Below the pieces are notes generated by a model, which saw only the letters and a list, made by a program, of their open reading frames with translations, was not told the origin of the DNA and searched no databases. A program made the position numbers and the translations under genes. Positions 1-8,960 of a stretch of 32,000 nucleotides of DNA are shown piece after piece (the stretch's first letter is position 1; every line of letters starts with the position of its first letter). Origin of the DNA: Geotalea uraniireducens Rf4 (GTDB lineage Bacteria; Desulfobacterota; Desulfuromonadia; Geobacterales; Geobacteraceae); NCBI RefSeq assembly GCF_000016745.1, contig NC_009483.1, positions 3,420,001 to 3,452,000 on the forward strand, in the 5' to 3' direction.

Positions 1-40
1 GCTGCTTTGCACTAAAACGTTAAACCTGCAACTGCTGGTC

Positions 41-496
41 ATGTCCCTCAACGTTGCGACAAAGAAGCTCGAAAAACTCTGCCAAACACGGACAACCGCC
101 CCTTTATCTATGGCCATGCCGGCCGTTCAACCTACCAGAGCAATGGTCCTGACAACGGAGAAAGGGATACTCCTGCAGACGGAGATCATGAAATCCACTG
201 CCAACACTTTCTGGGACCAGATGTTGGACGTGGTTGCCATTAACAGAACCACATCCCTGGAAATCAGTAATTTCTTCAAAACGGGAGCGTTCAAGAAAAT
301 CAAGCTTACCAACCAGGTCACCGGTCACAGTAAAAGTTTTCCCGTAAGGATCATCAACAATGACAGCGAGCAAAGGTTTACCGGGAAAGCGGTAATCAGC
401 CTGGCCATTGCGGAAACGCTCCGGGTAAACTCCAACGATCAGCTCCTCGCAGAACTTGTCGTCGGTGGAGGAAGATTGGGCTGGGAAGGGATCTGA
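41..496 (+). CDS. hypothetical protein, no family recognised; may be 5'-truncated by the window edge
   Basis: ATG ORF. By hand count its third-codon-position GC is about 64%, versus about 47% for the exactly antisense ORF 104..532, and its first codon positions are purine-rich, so the plus frame is the better coding candidate. The frame stays open back to base 2. Convergent with lpxC. Confidence 0.4.
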   Translation: MSLNVATKKLEKLCQTRTTAPLSMAMPAVQPTRAMVLTTEKGILLQTEIMKSTANTFWDQMLDVVAINRTTSLEISNFFKTGAFKKIKLTNQVTGHSKSFPVRIINNDSEQRFTGKAVISLAIAETLRVNSNDQLLAELVVGGGRLGWEGI

Positions 497-528
497 CTTC
501 TTCGTTGCAGATATAGGCCTAAGACAGG

Positions 529-1356
529 TCAATAGATGGCGTAGTTCGCCGGGTCGGAAAAAACCTCTTTCAGAAACATGTTATTGAGATAGTGGCCTGT
601 CTTGTGCGCCTCTACCCGCCCGAGCAGACGGTAACCACAGGTGTAGAAATCGCCGATCAGGTCGAGGATCTTGTGGTTGACCAGTTCCTTCTTGTAGCGG
701 AGACCCTGTGGATTGACGATGCTGTCGCCGCCGATCACCACTGCGTTGTCGAGGGACCCACCCTTGGCCAGTCCTGCCTTCTTTATCGCCTCGATCTCCT
801 CATGAAGAACAAAGGTACGGGAGTTGATTATGGAAATGGCGTTTTCCACATCCATGACCCTTTTGCGCTGCCGCCCCACCGGGGGCCGGAACTCGATGGT
901 CATGGTGATGTCAAGGGTATTGAGCGGTTTCACCCGGACATAGGCATCGTTATGCTTGACTTCAACGGGACGCTGCACCTTGAGATAGACCCCCGACTCC
1001 GGGAATTCATAGATACCGGCCCGCCAGAGCTCATGGTAGAACTCCCAGGCAGAACCGTCCATGATCGGGACCTCCGGGCCGTCGATATAGACGATGCAGT
1101 TGGTGATGCCGGAGAAGTAGAATGCCGCCATCAGGTGCTCGATGGTCGCCACAGATGCGCCGTTGGCGGCAACCTGGGTGGAAAGTCGGGTATCGGCAAC
1201 CATGTCGTAGCGTGCGGGGATGAGGTTGCCGTTAAAGACGAAGGCAATGCCGAATTCACGCCGGGGGAGGAATTCCATGGTCACTTCCCGGCCGGTGTGC
1301 AGGCCGATGCCGGCCAGCTTGAAGATGCGATTTATGGTGGTCTGTCGTTTGATCAT
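529..1356 (-). CDS. lpxC: UDP-3-O-acyl-N-acetylglucosamine deacetylase (LpxC family, short 275-aa form)
   Basis: N-terminal GIGLHTG, TIEHLMAA (Glu-His catalytic/zinc pair), EVPIMDGSA, NHKILDLIGD (His..Asp zinc ligands) and KTGHYLNN. ATG start at 1354-1356. Confidence 0.85.
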   Translation of the reverse strand: MIKRQTTINRIFKLAGIGLHTGREVTMEFLPRREFGIAFVFNGNLIPARYDMVADTRLSTQVAANGASVATIEHLMAAFYFSGITNCIVYIDGPEVPIMDGSAWEFYHELWRAGIYEFPESGVYLKVQRPVEVKHNDAYVRVKPLNTLDITMTIEFRPPVGRQRKRVMDVENAISIINSRTFVLHEEIEAIKKAGLAKGGSLDNAVVIGGDSIVNPQGLRYKKELVNHKILDLIGDFYTCGYRLLGRVEAHKTGHYLNNMFLKEVFSDPANYAIY

Positions 1357-1500
1357 GATCGGGGCGTACTTCCTTTTCTTCTTTATGAAATATATCGGCG
1401 CAGCTCACCCACCCGATTACCGGCGGGTCCGACGGCTAACATAACCCGAAAAGTGTTTTTTTAGGAGGAAAAAATAGGGTGGACAGTCAAAAAAAGCGGC

Positions 1501-1536
1501 AAAAAAACCCCGGACCTTCAGGCCGGGGCTTTTTTC
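1501..1536 (-). terminator. rho-independent terminator, bidirectional in appearance
   Basis: A7 run, stem CCCCGG(A)CC / GGCCGGGG with loop TTCA, then CTTTTTTC. Lies 37 nt downstream of the DUF3106 gene stop on the minus strand. Confidence 0.7.
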
Positions 1537-1572
1537 TGCGGAGCAACCGTAGAGGGGTTGCCAAGTTCATTG

Positions 1573-2064
1573 CTAACGTCGACCTCCTCCATACATCTCG
1601 CCGGGAGGAGTGTTCCGCCACTGTTCACGCATGTGGCGGCGCTCCTCGGGGTTCATCTTTTTCCATTTCTCGCGCAAGGCCTGCCGCTCCTCCTGAGGCA
1701 GCCCCCTGAACCACTTGTACCTGCTGCGGATGTTCTCCTGCTCTTCGGGAGGGAGTTGGCGGAACCGCCGGTAACGCTCGCGGATACGTTCCCGTTTTTC
1801 ATGGGGAAGCTGCTGCCACCCCTTGAATCGCTCTTTTGCCTGTTCCTGTTCCTCGGGCGGCATCAATTTCCAACGTTCGACCCCCTTGCGCAAACGTTCC
1901 TGCCTTTCTGCAGGGAACTTGTCCCATCGCTCGGCAAAAGGCTTGAGCACCCGTTGTTCTTCGGATGGCAGGCTGTCCCAGGTCGTCCCCTGCTGCCCGG
2001 CACGGACACCCGTCGCCAAAAACAGCATGCAGATGGCAAGCGCAATTCCCAGACATTTATTCAT
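1573..2064 (-). CDS. secreted DUF3106-type repeat protein
   Basis: Signal peptide MNKCLGIALAICMLFLATGVRA, followed by 6-7 tandem ~19-aa repeats of the form W/F-x2-L/F-P-x-E-E-Q/R-x5-7-R-W/F. Third gene of the ECF sigma operon. Confidence 0.75.
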   Translation of the reverse strand: MNKCLGIALAICMLFLATGVRAGQQGTTWDSLPSEEQRVLKPFAERWDKFPAERQERLRKGVERWKLMPPEEQEQAKERFKGWQQLPHEKRERIRERYRRFRQLPPEEQENIRSRYKWFRGLPQEERQALREKWKKMNPEERRHMREQWRNTPPGEMYGGGRR

Positions 2065-2096
2065 CGTTTTTTCCCTTTTGCGGCGGGGTTTTCTTC

Positions 2097-2459
2097 TCAG
2101 CGCGCATCGCCGTTCTCCGCCAGCCAGCGATAAAATTCCAGGTCATCGTAGAGATCAAACTGCTCCTGCGATGCGACAATCTCCGTATCTTCAGGGTGGG
2201 CCGCCACCATGTTCCGCCGGGGAGCGGCTGACCAGAGGGAAACCGCGACAACGGCCACTGTTACCGTGGCAAATCCTCCAGCGGTAACCCACCGAGGAAT
2301 ATCGCCAAATCTCCACCCACCCGTATGGGCCTTTTCCAGCGCCCGCATCCTGCCGCTCTTCAACCGCGCCAGCGTAACGGGATCGAGCTGTTCGACGCCG
2401 GCATCGAGCTCTTGTTTGATCCTCTGTAAAAATTCCTTTTCCCGTTTGTCGATGTTCAT
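2097..2459 (-). CDS. single-pass membrane protein, DUF3619-like; putative anti-sigma or partner of the ECF sigma
   Basis: 120 aa with one central TM segment (GGFATVTVAVVAVSLWSAA). Its ATG overlaps the sigma gene stop (ATGA), which suggests translational coupling. Confidence 0.6.
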   Translation of the reverse strand: MNIDKREKEFLQRIKQELDAGVEQLDPVTLARLKSGRMRALEKAHTGGWRFGDIPRWVTAGGFATVTVAVVAVSLWSAAPRRNMVAAHPEDTEIVASQEQFDLYDDLEFYRWLAENGDAR

Positions 2460-3040
2460 GAACGGTACTCCCCTAAAAGCCCCTGCATGGTATGCACGGC
2501 ACGCGAATAATGGGTTTTGACGCTCCCTTGCGAGCAGCCCATGGCACAGGCTGTCTCAGCCACATCCAGCCCCTCCCAGGCACGCAGGAGAAAGGCCTGC
2601 TGCTGGCGGAGCGGCAATGATTTGACCGCCCTTTCCAGTGCCGACGCCAGGTCCCGCCTCAGCAGCAGTTCGGCAGGCGTATCTCCCCGGCTATCCGCAA
2701 CGTTCTCCAGTTGGTCGCCATCATTTTCATCACCATCACCCGCTCCGCCGAACCAGAAGCGAAGACGGTTACGCACCGTGTTGCGACGGTGCCAGTCGAT
2801 AATCCGGCTCTGGAGAATCCGGTAAAACAACGGTTTCCATTCACCTTCCGGCCGCGTTGCATAGCGTCGGACAAAATCGAGCATTGCATCCTGGGCAAGG
2901 TCAAGGGCGTCATCAAGGGTGCCGACGGCTATCTGCGCCATCCGCAACGCACGACGCTCAACATCCGCCAGGAACAGATTTAATGCCTCAGTCGTATCCA
3001 GCTGAACTCCCTGCGCCGTCAAACTGTTTTTATCCGGCAA
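2456..3040 (-). CDS. RNA polymerase ECF-type sigma-70 factor
   Basis: Region 2 (DDALDLAQDAMLDFVRRY...RILQSRIIDWHRR) and region 4 HTH (LDVAETACAMGCSQGSVKTHYSRAVHTMQ). The ORF-track start is a TTG with no clear SD, so the exact start is uncertain. Confidence 0.85.
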   Translation of the reverse strand: MPDKNSLTAQGVQLDTTEALNLFLADVERRALRMAQIAVGTLDDALDLAQDAMLDFVRRYATRPEGEWKPLFYRILQSRIIDWHRRNTVRNRLRFWFGGAGDGDENDGDQLENVADSRGDTPAELLLRRDLASALERAVKSLPLRQQQAFLLRAWEGLDVAETACAMGCSQGSVKTHYSRAVHTMQGLLGEYRS

Positions 3041-3150
3041 TGGCGCTTATATCATCAATAACGCACGTCTTTTACATGCGTTGACACGAGGGTATCATTT
3101 TATTGTGGATGAGCGCCACCATTTTGAAAGGGGGAAAGGAAGATGAAGGA

Positions 3151-3624
3151 TTATCGGGTAAACCGCCGGACGACCTCGGTGAAGCGGGGATAGGCTGCCA
3201 GCAGTTCGGACCGGGAGGGGATGGTAAAATCAGCAAAGTCGAAGCCGGGAGCCACCAGGCAGGTAGCCATGGTAAAGTCGCCAAGGGAACGGGCGGCCTG
3301 AAGCACGCCAGGGGGAACGACCATGAACGGCTCTCCATCGTCGCCGGCCTGGGTCAATCTCAAAAGCCTGGGGCTATCTTCCAGCAGTACGAGCTCCAGA
3401 GGAGCCCCGGCCAGATGTATCCAGGTCTCTTCGCTCCGCACCCGGTGAAAGGCGGAGAAATCCTCCTTGGCCAGCAGGAAGTAGATGGCGGTCATGGCGA
3501 CCCGCTCGCCGGGATAGCCTGGCAGCAGCCCCAGTGAACGGCTTGAACGATGGATCTCCCGGTACCACCCACCCTCGGGATGTGGCAGAAGTCCATAACG
3601 GGCGATGAGCGATTCAAAAGTCAC
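3151..3624 (-). CDS. cupin-fold protein, DUF985 family
   Basis: LLPHPEGGWYRE motif typical of DUF985 cupins. Start moved to the GTG at 3622-3624, preceded by GGGAGGA (3633-3639). The ORF-track TTG at 3666 abuts the asnS stop and has no RBS. Confidence 0.7.
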   Translation of the reverse strand: MTFESLIARYGLLPHPEGGWYREIHRSSRSLGLLPGYPGERVAMTAIYFLLAKEDFSAFHRVRSEETWIHLAGAPLELVLLEDSPRLLRLTQAGDDGEPFMVVPPGVLQAARSLGDFTMATCLVAPGFDFADFTIPSRSELLAAYPRFTEVVRRFTR

Positions 3625-3666
3625 TTTCGGGTCCTCCCGGATGGAATTTGCATAAATGTAAAACAA

Positions 3667-5052
3667 CTAAAACTCCGCATGCCTCGGTGTCCGCGGAAAA
3701 GGAATGACATCGCGGATGTTCTCCATGCCGGTCAGGTACATGAGCAGCCGCTCGAATCCCAGGCCGAAACCGGCATGGGGGCATGATCCCCAGCGTCGGC
3801 TGTCGAGATACCACCAGAGCCCGTCTTCGTTTATCCCCATTTGAGCCATCCGCTCCAGGAGGAGGTCAAGCCGCTCCTCACGCTGGCTGCCGCCGATGAT
3901 CTCTCCCACCTTCGGCACGAGCAGGTCCATGGCTGCCACGGTTTTGCCGTCGTCATTCTGTCGCATGTAAAAGGCCTTGATGTCCTTTGGGTAGTTGACG
4001 AGAAAGACCGGCCCGCCGACCACCTTCTCGGTAATGTAGCGCTCGTGCTCCGATTGCAGGTCGAGCCCCCACTCCACGGGAAAGGCAAAGGGGACCTTCG
4101 CCTTTTTCAGGTGGGTGATTGCCTCCGTATATTCCATGACGGCAAAAGAAGAATCGGCCACCGCCCGAACGCGCTCCAGCAAACCCTTGTCGATCTGCTC
4201 GTTAAAAAACGCCATATCTTCGCCGCAGTTATCGAGGACGTGACGACAGAGGAATTTCAGGAAATCCTCGGCCAGCGCCGCATCGGCCATGAGGTCGGCA
4301 AAGGCCAGCTCCGGCTCGATCATCCAGAATTCCGCAGCATGCCGGGCGGTATTGGAATTCTCCGCGCGAAAGGTCGGGCCAAAGGTGTAAATATCGGAAA
4401 AAGCCTGGGCAAAGAGCTCTCCTTCCAGCTGGCCGCTGACCGTAAGCCCCGTGGCCTGGGCGAAGAAGTCGCCGGAGTAATCGACCTCCCCCGCCGCAAG
4501 CGGCGGTCTTGCCATGTCCAGGGTGGTGACGCGGAACAATTCCCCGGCACCTTCGCAGTCGTTGGCGGTGATGATCGGGGTGTGAACGTAGAGGAATCCC
4601 CGCTCGGCAAAGAAGCGGTGCACGGCCTGGGCCAGGGAGGAACGGACCCTGAACACGGCACCGAAGGTATTGGTACGGGGGCGCAGGTGGGCGATGGTCC
4701 GCAGGTATTCGAAACTGTGTCTCTTTTTCTGCAGCGGGTAGGAATCGTCCGCAGGGCCGATGATCTCCAGCTCTTCCGCCGCAAGCTCGTATTTCTGGCC
4801 TGCTGCCGGAGACTCCCGCAATATGCCCCGTACAGCAACTGCACTGCCGGTGCCGATCCGGCAGACATCCTGATAATTGGGGAGGGCCGGCTCGACCACT
4901 ACCTGGAGACTGGTCATACAGGAACCGTCATTGATGGCGAGGAAGGTCACGTCCTTCCCTACCCGCACCGTCCTTACCCACCCCTTAAGTACAAGCTCTT
5001 CACCCGGCCGGGAAGCCGCCAGCGCCGCACTGACCCTTGTTCTACCGTACAT
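3667..5052 (-). CDS. asnS: asparagine--tRNA ligase
   Basis: 461 aa. N-terminal OB anticodon-binding domain plus class IIb core: [29 protein letters not shown] and [29 protein letters not shown]. Confidence 0.95.
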   Translation of the reverse strand: MYGRTRVSAALAASRPGEELVLKGWVRTVRVGKDVTFLAINDGSCMTSLQVVVEPALPNYQDVCRIGTGSAVAVRGILRESPAAGQKYELAAEELEIIGPADDSYPLQKKRHSFEYLRTIAHLRPRTNTFGAVFRVRSSLAQAVHRFFAERGFLYVHTPIITANDCEGAGELFRVTTLDMARPPLAAGEVDYSGDFFAQATGLTVSGQLEGELFAQAFSDIYTFGPTFRAENSNTARHAAEFWMIEPELAFADLMADAALAEDFLKFLCRHVLDNCGEDMAFFNEQIDKGLLERVRAVADSSFAVMEYTEAITHLKKAKVPFAFPVEWGLDLQSEHERYITEKVVGGPVFLVNYPKDIKAFYMRQNDDGKTVAAMDLLVPKVGEIIGGSQREERLDLLLERMAQMGINEDGLWWYLDSRRWGSCPHAGFGLGFERLLMYLTGMENIRDVIPFPRTPRHAEF

Positions 5053-5177
5053 GTTCGAACTCCGTTCTCAGTTCCAGGTTCTACATTCCAGGTTCCAAGT
5101 ATAAAATCTAGAACGCGGAACGTCTTCTTTTATTGCGATAATACTAGCATATCGTAAATGCAACCACAAAACCATAG

Positions 5178-5205
5178 TTGACACTAAAGGGCCTTGGGGT
5201 ATATT
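5178..5205 (+). promoter_or_regulatory. near-consensus sigma-70 promoter (TTGACA-N16-TATATT)
   Basis: TTGACA at 5178-5183 and TATATT at 5200-5205. The predicted TSS near 5211-5214 coincides with the GTG/ATG/ATG cluster at 5214-5222. Confidence 0.5.
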
Positions 5206-5216
5206 TTAGCACGGTG

Positions 5217-5591
5217 ATGATGAGACTATCCGTAATTATCCTGTTAATAACCATGCTGACGCTGGCAGAAGCCAATGCGGGCAATTCAGCGCGCAATTTC
5301 GGCGGGGTCGGCATCGACGGAGTCCCCTGGGCCAACGGGCAGATTGTGGTACGCCAGATGGTAGCAGGCGGCCCCGCACATCTGGCAGGGCTCAAAGTCG
5401 GCGACATCATCACCCATATTGACGGCAAAGCGACCATGGGAAGCAACTTTCAGGATATGGTCGAACACCGGCTGCGCGGCGAAGCCGGCACCAGGGTCAT
5501 GCTAAAGGTCAGCAGACCGGGGAACAGCAAACCGCTGACATTCACCCTCACCCGCAGGCAACTGGTCACAGCCGGCAGCAAGAAGAACTGA
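5217..5591 (+). CDS. secreted PDZ-domain protein
   Basis: Signal-like N-terminus MMRLSVIILLITMLTLAEANA, then a PDZ core (GPAHLAGLKVGDIITHIDGKA...GTRVMLKVSR). The ORF-track TTG start at 5178 is itself the -35 box, so the start is placed at the ATG at 5217 (GTG 5214 also possible). Confidence 0.7.
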   Translation: MMRLSVIILLITMLTLAEANAGNSARNFGGVGIDGVPWANGQIVVRQMVAGGPAHLAGLKVGDIITHIDGKATMGSNFQDMVEHRLRGEAGTRVMLKVSRPGNSKPLTFTLTRRQLVTAGSKKN

Positions 5592-5635
5592 AACAGATAC
5601 CCAGCAAGAACCATAAATCGACAAACCCTGAGGAT

Positions 5636-6019
5636 ATGACCATGCCCGCCATAATCAGAACCATCATCGTCCTGACCTTTATTCTGCTTGCCGCCATCTG
5701 CCAGGCGGAAACCGCGGCCGATGGTCCCCAGAGCCCGATTAGCCCAGCAGCACCAGCCAAGCATAAGTATCCGAAGATCGTCCTCTATTCGGTCTCATGG
5801 TGCCCCCATTGCAAACAGGCAAAGGAATACTTCACGAAAAACAACATCCCTTTCATCAATAAGGATGTGGAGCTTGACGATGCCGCCATGAACGATCTGA
5901 CCAGGAAATACAAGAGCCAGGGGGTGCCGGTCATCGTCATCGGCGATGACAAGGTGATTTTAAAAGGATTTGATGAGCAAAAGTTTCTGAAGGCGATCAA
6001 GGGCCTGCAAGAAAAATAA
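5636..6019 (+). CDS. periplasmic glutaredoxin/thioredoxin-fold protein (CPHC active site)
   Basis: Signal peptide, then VLYSVSWCPHCKQAKEYF and GVPVIVIGD (Grx/NrdH-like fold). The second ATG at 5642 has better SD spacing (GAGGA at 5630-5634). Confidence 0.75.
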   Translation: MTMPAIIRTIIVLTFILLAAICQAETAADGPQSPISPAAPAKHKYPKIVLYSVSWCPHCKQAKEYFTKNNIPFINKDVELDDAAMNDLTRKYKSQGVPVIVIGDDKVILKGFDEQKFLKAIKGLQEK

Positions 6020-6029
6020 AACGCAAAAA

Positions 6030-6051
6030 GGGAGCCAACCGGCTCCCTTTT
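6030..6051 (+). terminator. rho-independent terminator, usable in both directions
   Basis: GGGAGCC-AACC-GGCTCCC followed by TTTT on the plus strand, and preceded by AAAAA (a T-run on the minus strand). Sits between convergent genes. Confidence 0.75.
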
Positions 6052-6055
6052 CAGT

Positions 6056-6111
6056 TCCTTACTCCTTACTCCTTACTCCTTACTCCTTACTCCTTACTCC
6101 TTACTCCTTAC
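6056..6111. repeat. 8 perfect tandem copies of heptamer TCCTTAC
   Basis: Counted directly: copies start at 6056, 6063, ... 6105. Lies between the terminator hairpin and the stop (6119) of the minus-strand EamA gene. Confidence 0.98.
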
Positions 6112-6118
6112 GGCCTTT

Positions 6119-6499
6119 TCAAGTCCCGCCGCTTTTGGTGATGAGCATCACCCCGGTGCAGACCAGGATTGTGCCGGCCCATCTCAACGGCGTCACCACC
6201 TCGCCAAGGAAATATTGGGAAAGGAAAGCCACCAACACGTAATTGAGGGCCTGCATGGGAAGCGCTACGGTAAGGTCCTCCCAGGAGAGCACCGCCAGCC
6301 AGAGGAAAAAGAACACCGCCAGCATGGCGGTGCCGATAATCAGCTTGGGAGTAGTGAGCGCCTTAATCGCCACATTGAGTATCCCGCGCAGGTTCATGGC
6401 CGAAATATCGCCGATCTCCTTCATCCCTTTCGCCAGTAGAATGTCGCCGATGGTCCCGGCAGTAACGGCCAATAACATGACTATGAAGGTCTTAAGCAT
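6119..6499 (-). CDS. small EamA/DMT-superfamily membrane protein (single EamA domain, about 4 TM)
   Basis: 126 aa, four hydrophobic segments, EamA-like GDILLAKGMK N-terminus. The start overlaps the upstream YdjC-family gene by 8 nt (ATGCTTAA). Confidence 0.65.
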   Translation of the reverse strand: MLKTFIVMLLAVTAGTIGDILLAKGMKEIGDISAMNLRGILNVAIKALTTPKLIIGTAMLAVFFFLWLAVLSWEDLTVALPMQALNYVLVAFLSQYFLGEVVTPLRWAGTILVCTGVMLITKSGGT

Positions 6500-7358
6500 A
6501 AGTCTTTCTTTCTCCCCGGTAATTTCGCAGGGTAATTCCCATATTTTTCAGTTTCTCTTTCACGGCAGGGCTGGTCAACGCCGTCAGTTCACCTTCATGC
6601 TGGTAGTCGGGCATCCATTTTTTCAATTCATCGCAGGGATGACAGCCCGGATGAAAATATATCTCCGTAACACCCTCGTCAAGGCTGTCAAGAGCCTTCA
6701 ACAGGTAATCCTCAGTCATGCGGCCGGAATTGAGCAGTCCCTTCACCTCGTCGGTGTGTGAGATGCTCCGCATTGCCAGCTCAGGCTCGCAGCGTCGTGC
6801 CAGGGAAGCAAAAATGAAGGCGTCCGCAGCCTTCCCCATGACCCGTCGCCGGTCTATTGCAAGGTCGTTAAAGAACCTCTCCCGGCTCAGGCGGAAACTG
6901 GCGATGCCGTAGCGGGGCATCAGTTCCAGCAGGATATCGAACACCACCGGATGCATATGGATATTGAGGTGGCCGTCGATATGGGAAAGGGGGATGCCGG
7001 TTGCCAGGAACTTTTGTATCTGCGCCTCGATCTCCCGGTAGAGCTGCTTGCGCAGGGACTTCAGAAAAAAATAGCGCATGCCCGCCATCACCGGGTCGTT
7101 GGGGAAGTTCCCCTCCCGGTCGACAAGGGAGGGAAAGCCGGGATGCCCAGCTACCGCCCTCCCCTGCACCAGCGTGAGATGCAGTCCCACCTGAAGGCCG
7201 GGGTTCTCCCCGGCAAGCGCCACCGCTTCTTCAAAGCCGCTTCCTCCGACCATGAGCGAGGTGCTGGTCAGTATCCCTTCATGCCAGGCAGAGATGATGC
7301 CCTTGTTGGCGCCTCTGGAAAGGCCGAAATCATCGGCATTTATAATGAGCTCTTTCAT
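6492..7358 (-). CDS. hpnK: YdjC/ChbG-family carbohydrate deacetylase, HpnK-like (hopanoid-associated)
   Basis: INADDFGLSRGANKGI N-terminal YdjC signature. Lies immediately downstream of the HpnJ-like radical SAM gene. Confidence 0.7.
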   Translation of the reverse strand: MKELIINADDFGLSRGANKGIISAWHEGILTSTSLMVGGSGFEEAVALAGENPGLQVGLHLTLVQGRAVAGHPGFPSLVDREGNFPNDPVMAGMRYFFLKSLRKQLYREIEAQIQKFLATGIPLSHIDGHLNIHMHPVVFDILLELMPRYGIASFRLSRERFFNDLAIDRRRVMGKAADAFIFASLARRCEPELAMRSISHTDEVKGLLNSGRMTEDYLLKALDSLDEGVTEIYFHPGCHPCDELKKWMPDYQHEGELTALTSPAVKEKLKNMGITLRNYRGERKTYA

Positions 7359-7370
7359 CGATAGCTACGC

Positions 7371-8801
7371 TTACTTACAGCCTTCGCTGGCCTGCTTGCG
7401 TTTACGCATGTACTCCAGGTACTGCTTCCCTTCCTTGAGCAGCTTGCGTCGTTCCTCCCCGTTGACGATCATCCTGCCGATGCTGCGCAGGATGTATTTG
7501 GGGCGGAAATAGAACTTGTCGTAAAAGAGTTCGACCGCATCGAAAATCTCCTTGTTGGACAGGTGCGGATAGTTGATGACGCAGGCCTGATGACCTGTTT
7601 CATCGAGGAAGGTATCCGAGGTGATCCACCCCTCCTGCTTGCAGAGGTCGTAGAATTCCGTGCCGGGATAGGGGGAAGCGAGGGAGACCTGAATGGAGTT
7701 CAGGTCAAGAAATTTGGCATATTCGATGGTCTCACGGATGGTCTCGCGGGTCTCGCCGGGGAGCCCCATGATAAAGGCGCCGTGGACGGAAAGTCCCAAC
7801 TTCTTGCAGTTCCTGACAAATTCGATTGCCTGGGCCTTGGTGACCCCTTTCTTGATGTTTTTCAGGATTTGCTCGTTCCCCGATTCGAAGCCGACCACCA
7901 CGTGACGAAGTCCTGCCTCGCGCATGATGCGGAGGGTTTCATAGTCGCAGTTGGCGCGGGCATTAATGGTCCAGGAAATCCCCAACGGTTTGATCTTCTC
8001 CGCAACAGCCCGGGCATGTTCACGGTTGGCGGTAAAGGTGTCGTCGTCAAAGGATATCTCCTTGACGCCGGGGATGTTGTCGACGATCCACTTCACCTCC
8101 TGGTAGACGTTTTCCGCACTCCTAACCCGCATGGTCCGGCCGGAAAAGGTCTGCGGCCAGAGGCAGTAGATGCACTTGGACGGACAGCCGCGGCTGGAAT
8201 AGATGGAAATGTAAGGATGCTTGAAATGAGGGATTATATACTCGTTGACCGGCAGATCCCGCATGTAGACCTGGCTGGCAAAAGGAAGTGCGTCCAGGTC
8301 CTGTATCGGCGGGCGGTCCGGCGTATGCACCGCCTTGCCGTCCTTGAGGAAACTGATACCGTCGACCGTATCCCAGGCTTTCCCCTCGCACAGTTCCTTG
8401 GTCGAATAGTCGAACTCTCCCCGGCAGACTATGTCCACGGCTCCATCGGCAAAACGGAGCGACTCTTCGGGAAGTATCGAGACATGGGGACCGGTCAGCA
8501 CGGTGATGGTGGCGGGTTTCTGCGCCTTGATGCGCCGGGCGGTTTCCACGTCGATGGCCAGCGTCGGGGTCGATGTGTACATCACCACCATATCGTAATC
8601 AAGGGCGATTTTAAGACATTCTTCAAGGGTCAACCTCTGCACCGGCGCGTCCACGACCCGGGAGCCTTCAATCATCCCGGCCGGGTAACAGAGCCAGGTT
8701 GGATACCAAAAAGAAGTCACCTCGCGGGAAGCCTGATAGCGTGCGCCTGCACCGCCGTCAAAGTCCTCGAATGTGGGGGGGTTCAGAAATAACGGTTTCA
8801 T
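7371..8801 (-). CDS. hpnJ: B12-binding radical SAM protein, HpnJ-like (hopanoid side-chain modification)
   Basis: N-terminus LFLNPPTFEDFDGGAGARYQASREVTSFWYPTWL resembles the HpnJ family as I recall it. Has the CxxxCxxC cluster motif (CPSKCIYC) and an N-terminal B12-binding-like domain. Confidence 0.75.
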   Translation of the reverse strand: MKPLFLNPPTFEDFDGGAGARYQASREVTSFWYPTWLCYPAGMIEGSRVVDAPVQRLTLEECLKIALDYDMVVMYTSTPTLAIDVETARRIKAQKPATITVLTGPHVSILPEESLRFADGAVDIVCRGEFDYSTKELCEGKAWDTVDGISFLKDGKAVHTPDRPPIQDLDALPFASQVYMRDLPVNEYIIPHFKHPYISIYSSRGCPSKCIYCLWPQTFSGRTMRVRSAENVYQEVKWIVDNIPGVKEISFDDDTFTANREHARAVAEKIKPLGISWTINARANCDYETLRIMREAGLRHVVVGFESGNEQILKNIKKGVTKAQAIEFVRNCKKLGLSVHGAFIMGLPGETRETIRETIEYAKFLDLNSIQVSLASPYPGTEFYDLCKQEGWITSDTFLDETGHQACVINYPHLSNKEIFDAVELFYDKFYFRPKYILRSIGRMIVNGEERRKLLKEGKQYLEYMRKRKQASEGCK

Positions 8802-8960
8802 CGATAAACTCCTGTCAAGCGAACGTGTTCATGAAAAACAAACGGTTAGAATATAGATAGGCGCCATGCTTGTCAAGGTTAAAGACCCTCCCCTCTTTCC
8901 AGTTGCCGCACGGCGGAATCTCTGCTAAGTTTCCGGCAACTCGCAAATAAAGGAATTGCC

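Noticed and set aside
104-532. 142-aa minus-strand ORF overlapping the lpxC stop by 4 nt
   Set aside because: It begins with TTG and has no internal Met. It lies in the exact antisense codon register of ORF 41..496, has lower third-position GC (about 47% versus 64% by hand count) and has an Arg/Gly/Ser/Cys-rich composition typical of shadow frames.
592-1464. Long plus-strand ORFs antisense to recognised genes (592..1464, 3841..5157, 7563..8792, 19440..20327, 27970..28968 and similar)
   Set aside because: Each lies entirely opposite a gene with clear family motifs (lpxC, asnS, hpnJ, kdsD, mcp). Their translations are low-complexity and Arg/Gly/Pro/His-rich, with no recognisable domains. They are shadow ORFs expected in mid/high-GC DNA.
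3081-3106. Plus-strand TTGACA at 3081-3086 as a promoter
   Set aside because: There is no acceptable -10 box at 16-18 nt spacing and no plus-strand gene downstream; ORF 3103..3537 is antisense to the cupin gene.
5053-5177. Possible riboswitch or T-box leader upstream of asnS
   Set aside because: No conserved riboswitch core or specifier/T-box motif was recognisable. The region is explained by degenerate GTTC heptamers and a divergent promoter.
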